This document shows, piece after piece, positions 59,072 through 64,000 of a stretch of 64,000 bases of DNA. The notes under the pieces were generated by a model, which was given only the letters and a program-made list of their open reading frames with translations, was not told where the DNA came from and searched no databases. How positions within the stretch are numbered: position 1 is the first letter of the stretch; each line of letters begins with the position of its first letter. The stretch is from NCBI GenBank assembly GCA_049976445.1, contig JBMFIF010000003.1, positions 3,629 through 67,628 of the forward strand, in the 5' to 3' direction. This stretch comes from Thermoprotei archaeon (GTDB lineage: Archaea; Thermoproteota; Thermoprotei; Gearchaeales; WAQG01). Position numbers and translations under genes: made by a program.

Positions 59072-59622
59072 ATATTATGATGTATGGTAAGGATGATATA
59101 ATTACTCTTTTTTCTTTATTAATTATAATTACAATAACTTTACGTTGGATAATTCAGTATATTACTTTTTTATCATATACGTTTTATCAATGGTTAATAA
59201 TATCATTTGCAATCGTTATACTAATTATCGTAATTTTAAAGCTTCTAAACAAAAACAAATTGCATGAATATGCTAAAAAACATAGCCTAATTTTAAGAAC
59301 ATACAATAAAAATCAGTATGTTTTTTCTGTAAATAAGTTAAGTATGTTAACTAATAACATTCAACCAAGTGATGAGAATCTTTTACAATTATCATCACAG
59401 CTTTTGACATTTCAATTACTTTTTTCTTTAATAATTGTGCCAACAAACGATAACGCTGAATTATATTTAATTGTATCGAAGCCAGTTAAAAATCGTTCAG
59501 ATATAGATAATTTCATTGATCAATTATCAAGTATAAAGGCTGTCTTTCATGCATACCTTGGATATGTAATTACAAATGAGCACGAAAAAGTGATGAAGAA
59601 TGAACTCCCAATACCATTCTAA
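59068..59622 (+). CDS. Two-TM membrane protein upstream of the HerA-like ATPase
   Basis: Two N-terminal TMs plus an alpha/beta domain; GTGA overlap with the pilin stop. Confidence 0.6.
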   Translation: MNIMMYGKDDIITLFSLLIIITITLRWIIQYITFLSYTFYQWLIISFAIVILIIVILKLLNKNKLHEYAKKHSLILRTYNKNQYVFSVNKLSMLTNNIQPSDENLLQLSSQLLTFQLLFSLIIVPTNDNAELYLIVSKPVKNRSDIDNFIDQLSSIKAVFHAYLGYVITNEHEKVMKNELPIPF

Positions 59623-60799
59623 AAAAATTAATGGTGAATATTCTCACATTAAAAATATCATCAAAGTAGTAATATTTATTGATAAGTTAAAAAAGATTAG
59701 CATGAAGAATAACGAGAATATATTATTAGGTAAAATAAACGATAATGGACCATTATTTTATATTTCGAAAAATGATTTAATAAATCATATTGGTATTTTT
59801 GGTCTTAGTGGATTTGGTAAGACGACTACTTGCATGAGAGTATTAGAAGGATTAGCTAGCAATGGATATAAAATACTAGTCTTTGATTGGCATGGCGAAT
59901 ATGAACGATTTATTAAAAGTATTGACGGATATTCTATAAAGCTCGGCGTAGATGATTATGGTATAAATCCTCTCATGGTAATGATTAATAATGATATCGG
60001 TGAACATGTTGGCTTTCTTACTGATATGTTTACTGAAGCATTTCAATTATCTATGCCACAATCTTATGTTTTAAGGAAAATTTTGCTTGAGATTATATCT
60101 AAAAGCAATATACAAGGTCTTACTATTAACAGAATAATTGAGGAATTGTCTTCTAAAAAAGGTCAATACGTGTCTAATTATGAGATAGAAATTAGGATGG
60201 CGTTACTTAGAAGATTAGAACCATTAAATTATGGCGTAAGTAAAAGTATTTTTAATGCTACGAAAGTGCTTAGTGCAAATGAATTGTTAAGCAGTAACAT
60301 CTCTATAAATTTCAAAAATTTATCTGAGGAAGGGTTAAAGAGAATTGTTGCCTATACTATAATGAGAATACTTTATTCTCATGCTGTGAAATATAGTTTA
60401 GAGAAAACTGTCGTTGTTCTTGAAGAAGCTAGAAATATTATACCACAACGAAGATATGGGGATCCTCCATTATTAGGTGAAAAAATGGTCTCTGAGCTCA
60501 GAAAACATGGTGTAACGATGATAATAATAACGCAATTACCATCACAGATTTCCTACGAAATCGTAAGGTCACTTTCTTTGATAATACTGCACAGAATAAA
60601 TTCATTTGAAGAAATTCTTAATGTAACAGGATTACAAAGTATTTTAACGGAAACTACTGAGGTTACAAAGAAAGCAAGAACTTTAAATAAAGGTGAAGCA
60701 TTAATATTTTTACCATCAGAAAATACATATTACAAAGTCTCAATATTAAAATCTAATTTAATGAGTAATGATATAAATAATGAGATCATAATATCATGA
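59600..60799 (+). CDS. HerA/VirB4-like (FtsK-HerA superfamily) ATPase; alternative start ATG 59702
   Basis: HIGIFGLSGFGKTT, VFDWHGEY, INPL, VVLEEA, ELRKHG...ITQ.P, L.KGEA. Confidence 0.88.
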   Translation: MNSQYHSKKINGEYSHIKNIIKVVIFIDKLKKISMKNNENILLGKINDNGPLFYISKNDLINHIGIFGLSGFGKTTTCMRVLEGLASNGYKILVFDWHGEYERFIKSIDGYSIKLGVDDYGINPLMVMINNDIGEHVGFLTDMFTEAFQLSMPQSYVLRKILLEIISKSNIQGLTINRIIEELSSKKGQYVSNYEIEIRMALLRRLEPLNYGVSKSIFNATKVLSANELLSSNISINFKNLSEEGLKRIVAYTIMRILYSHAVKYSLEKTVVVLEEARNIIPQRRYGDPPLLGEKMVSELRKHGVTMIIITQLPSQISYEIVRSLSLIILHRINSFEEILNVTGLQSILTETTEVTKKARTLNKGEALIFLPSENTYYKVSILKSNLMSNDINNEIIIS

Positions 60800-60813
60800 T
60801 GAAAGATGAAATC

Positions 60814-61383
60814 CTATCTATTTTTAGATAAATAACCTAAAAGTTCTTCTAAATCTTTATTATTCAAAAGTGTTAACCAGTCTATTTCTTGATTTTTAAT
60901 TATTTTTTTACTGGCAGATATTATAAATTGTTCTATCTCGTTAAACTTTTTATCTGTAACATCCAATTCAAAGACTTTATCATGAAATCTTCTGTAAGCG
61001 TCAGAAGCACATATTCCTAAAAGCTCCGCCTCTACATTTTCTGCTATCTTTTTTTCGCTATATTCCCGTAATTTAAGTATGTTAAGTAATTTTATTGGAT
61101 TTAATCTGAAAACTATTACTAGATCAATATTTTTGGGAACTGTATCAACTATGTGAGTATCGATTATAGCATTATTCTTTCCTTTCAAAAGATTACGTAT
61201 TTTATATTTTACTTTCTCAATATCTATGATATAAGAATTTCTGCTATTATCGTATTCTAAAAATAGGTTATGTTTTTTAGCCAAATCGTTTACATTAATA
61301 TAATAATAATCATATGTTTCAGAAAAATAAAGAGAAAAAGTTGTTTTTCCAGTTCCTGGGGTTCCTGTTATTAATATACGCAT
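60814..61383 (-). CDS. Adenylate kinase AK6/Fap7 family
   Basis: ILITGTPGTGKTT, IIDTH, REYSEKKIAENVEAE. Confidence 0.92.
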   Translation of the reverse strand: MRILITGTPGTGKTTFSLYFSETYDYYYINVNDLAKKHNLFLEYDNSRNSYIIDIEKVKYKIRNLLKGKNNAIIDTHIVDTVPKNIDLVIVFRLNPIKLLNILKLREYSEKKIAENVEAELLGICASDAYRRFHDKVFELDVTDKKFNEIEQFIISASKKIIKNQEIDWLTLLNNKDLEELLGYLSKNR

Positions 61384-63036
61384 TTAGTCTTTTTCCTCTT
61401 CTTCCTTCTTCTCTTTCTCTGGTCCTTTTTCAGCTTTGCTTATCTTGGAAGCTGCTATTATATCATCGATCCTAAGAATTGTCGCTGCTGCTTCAGTTGC
61501 AGAGCTTATTGCTTGTATCTTAACTGATGCTGGTTCAATAACACCTTGTTTCTCCATATCATCAATTTTACCTGTGAATCCATTGATTCCGTATGATACT
61601 TTACCTTGCTCGTGTACTGATTTTAGTTCCGCTAATGCATCTATCGGATCACCACCAGCATTTTCAGCAAGAGCCCTTGGAATTGCTTCTACTCCTTTTG
61701 CAAATGCTTCAATTGCTAATTGTTCTCGTCCACCGACTGTAGATGCATATTTTCTTAATGCTTTACTTATTTCAACCTCTATAGCTCCGCCACCATATAC
61801 AACTCTTGGATCTTCTATTACATCTGATACTACACTTAATGCATCAATTATTGATCTTTCTGCTTCGTCTACTAATCTTTCAAGTCCACCTCTTATCAAT
61901 ATACTTACTGATTTTGGATTCTTGCAACCTTCTACGAATACCATTTTGTCACCTGCAACTCTTCGTTCTTCCACTAATGCTGCTTCTCCTAAATCTTCTG
62001 ATGTTAAATCTTCAATGTTTGTGACTATTTTGCCACCTGTGGCAAGGGCTAATTTCTCCATATCAGATTTCTTTACTCGTCGTACAGCTAAAATTCCTGC
62101 CTTAGCTAAATAGTGTTGTGCAATATCATCAATGCCTTTTTGACAGAAGACAACATTAGCACCAACAGACTTTATTTTTTCTACCATGTTTTTTAGCATT
62201 CGTTCTTCTTCATCTAGGAATGCTTTCATTTGTTCTGGATTTGATATTCTGATTTCTGCATCAATCTCAGTTTTTTCTATTTCTAATGGTGCATCTATTA
62301 ACGCGATCTTCGCATTAGTAACTTTCTTAGGCATGCCTGGATGTACAACTTCTTTATCAACTATTACTCCATAAACTAATGCTGTGTCTAATAATCCTCC
62401 ACCCTGTTTTTTGATCAGTTGTATCTTATTTATATCAGCAACCCTCTTTCCATTTCGTTCCTCTGTTATCGCTTTAACAGCTTTTACACATATATCTGCA
62501 AGATGTTCTTTAACTGAGGAAACCGATTTACCGTGTATTGATGTTAACGCTACCTTCTTAAGCATTTCGTCATCATCAATATTCACTTTTATCGCTAATG
62601 AATCAATGATTTCTCTAGCTCTGATTTCAGCCTTTCTGTACCCACTAACTATGACTGTCGGATGCACATTTTTGTCAATGAGCTCTTCGGCTTCTTTTAA
62701 CAGTTGACCTGCTATCACAACTGAAGTTGTTGTACCATCTCCAACCTCGTCATCCTGAGTTTTTGCAATCTGAACTAATAATTTTGCTGCAGGATGTTGA
62801 ACTTCTATTTCATTGAGTATTGTAGCGCCATCATTTGTAATAGTTATATCACCAATTGTATCAATAAGCATTTTATCCATACCTCTAGGTCCTAATGATG
62901 ATTTTACAGTTTCTGCTACTGCCATTGCAGCAGTTATGTTAGCTCGTAGTGCATCATAACCAGTTGTCCTTTGCGTTCCTTCTTTGAGTATTAATACAGG
63001 AACCGTTGATGTACCACCTGAAGGCACGCTTACCAT
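61384..63036 (-). CDS. ths: Thermosome (group II chaperonin) subunit
   Basis: [37 protein letters not shown]. Confidence 0.98.
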   Translation of the reverse strand: MVSVPSGGTSTVPVLILKEGTQRTTGYDALRANITAAMAVAETVKSSLGPRGMDKMLIDTIGDITITNDGATILNEIEVQHPAAKLLVQIAKTQDDEVGDGTTTSVVIAGQLLKEAEELIDKNVHPTVIVSGYRKAEIRAREIIDSLAIKVNIDDDEMLKKVALTSIHGKSVSSVKEHLADICVKAVKAITEERNGKRVADINKIQLIKKQGGGLLDTALVYGVIVDKEVVHPGMPKKVTNAKIALIDAPLEIEKTEIDAEIRISNPEQMKAFLDEEERMLKNMVEKIKSVGANVVFCQKGIDDIAQHYLAKAGILAVRRVKKSDMEKLALATGGKIVTNIEDLTSEDLGEAALVEERRVAGDKMVFVEGCKNPKSVSILIRGGLERLVDEAERSIIDALSVVSDVIEDPRVVYGGGAIEVEISKALRKYASTVGGREQLAIEAFAKGVEAIPRALAENAGGDPIDALAELKSVHEQGKVSYGINGFTGKIDDMEKQGVIEPASVKIQAISSATEAAATILRIDDIIAASKISKAEKGPEKEKKEEEEKD

Positions 63037-63155
63037 AGAATCCTCACCCCAGCTAACTTTTAAATAAAAAAGCTGAATATAAGCTTAATCTAACATAATA
63101 CCAATACTAATACTAGAAAAAATTCAAAGGTATAATGAATAATAATGAATACAAA

Positions 63156-64000
63156 CTAATTGTGAGCTACTCCTCGATTGAAGTCGGGAGCTTTCTGCTT
63201 CACAACCCCACCTTGCCCATAGCATAAAGCTATAGGTATTGGGCGGAGCTTCACAGGCACCAAGGCCGGCACCCAACCCGCCAACCTCAAAACATTCAAA
63301 GCAGCGTATAATCACGATCAACACACCAACCACACACAGGACAAGAAAAGATATGATCTGCAAGAGTTAAATCCTCCCTAACATAACCACACCTAGCACA
63401 CGTCTTAAAAGTATCCTTAGGATCCACTATTATGAACTGCTTGCCATACTTCTCCACCTGATAACGAATGATTTCTTTAAGCTCATCAAAAGCAACATCG
63501 TACGCCTGCGATACGCCCTCCCAACCAATTCCTTAACCTTTATGTTCTCCATCACAACCACATCATAGTGTTCAGCAAACCATTTACCGAGCCTCATGTA
63601 GAGGTCATGCCTCAAATTCTTTAAGTGTTCATAAGCCCTAGCCAGCCTAACCTTCGCCTTGAACCAGTTCTTCGAGAGGAACTTCTTGCGTGAGAGAGCT
63701 CTATGAAGCCTCCTCATCTTCTTCAATGCTCTCTTGTAGGGTCTTAAGTTGGGGAAGTATTGGCCGTCGCTTGTCGTGATGAGCTTCTCAATACCAACAT
63801 CTATCCCGACGACTTTGCCAGTCTTCGGGAGTTGTGGGAACTCGTAATTCTCAACGATGAGGGATATGTAGATTTTCTCTGCTTTTGTGAGTTTAACGAT
63901 TACTCGTTTGACCTTGTTTAGTGGGAGTTCTCTGTGCACTATTACCTTGAAAGTCCCCAGTTTTGAGAGTTTTAAGTGTGTTGTTTTTTGGTTTTTGCCT
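63156..64000 (-). pseudogene. tnpB: IS200/IS605-family TnpB with two frameshifts (about 63503 and about 63307); 5' end outside the window
   Basis: GIDVG, VVMENI, then in a shifted frame [35 protein letters not shown], then a second shift to AALNVL. Confidence 0.92.
63162..63300 (-). ncRNA. Putative TnpB omega/reRNA scaffold and element right end (…TAGCTCAC)
   Basis: Hairpins cctatagc-tttat-gctatggg and ctcccgac-ttca-atcgaggag, ending gtagcTCAC at 63162. Confidence 0.6.

Noticed and set aside
59600..60799. Canonical DNA-repair HerA or an anti-phage HerA system
   Set aside because: No HAS barrel and no adjacent nurA/mre11/rad50, SIR2 or nuclease partner; context is membrane and pilus genes
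61436..62707. Long plus-strand ORFs (225, 107, 72 and 62 aa)
   Set aside because: Antisense shadows of the thermosome gene
63124..63363. 79-aa minus-strand ORF
   Set aside because: A chimera of tnpB 3' reading frames caused by the frameshifts, not a separate gene
63430..63939. 169-aa ORF as a complete short TnpB
   Set aside because: The frame is open to the window edge and the C-terminal Zn finger and RuvC-III continue in other frames, so it is a pseudogene fragment
1..64000. CRISPR array, rRNA, SRP RNA, RNase P RNA, C/D-box sRNAs
   Set aside because: No regularly spaced repeats, long GC-rich structural RNA or convincing RUGAUGA...CUGA pair found by eye; short sRNAs could have been missed

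Overview
AT-rich archaeal chromosomal segment. Markers such as L38e, TFE-beta, SmAP3 and a split archaeosine TGT point to TACK/Thermoproteota; this assignment is inference. About three quarters of the window is housekeeping: proteasome beta plus aCPSF1, Sm proteins, ribosomal proteins L37e/L38e/S8e, SRP19, Gar1, TFB, TFE alpha and beta, tRNA/rRNA modification enzymes, TyrRS, EgsA, ADP-forming acyl-CoA ligases, FBP aldolase/phosphatase, TpiA, deoxyhypusine synthase, thermosome, and five tRNA genes without encoded CCA. Mobile-element debris includes an IS6 transposase relic, a 202-bp MITE with perfect TIRs and an 8-bp TSD, palindromic IS605/IS607-like end scars, and a doubly frameshifted tnpB. 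The most notable items are: (1) tRNA-Val(GAC) interrupted inside the acceptor stem by a 17-nt intron whose BHB-like motif must be built from the 5' leader, which also carries a second copy of the acceptor 5' strand; (2) a divergent 7-kb locus combining a Tad/Flp-like pilus (E+5 pilin, ATPase, two platform proteins, four minor-pilin-like ORFs) with a membrane protein and a HerA/VirB4-like ATPase, next to a divergent TFB paralog, a candidate DNA-transfer system; (3) eukaryote-like membrane proteins (presenilin-type protease, OST3/OST6-like protein); (4) a UPF0179 gene whose conserved N-terminus has no in-frame canonical start codon. All family calls come from motif recognition by eye; no database searches were run.
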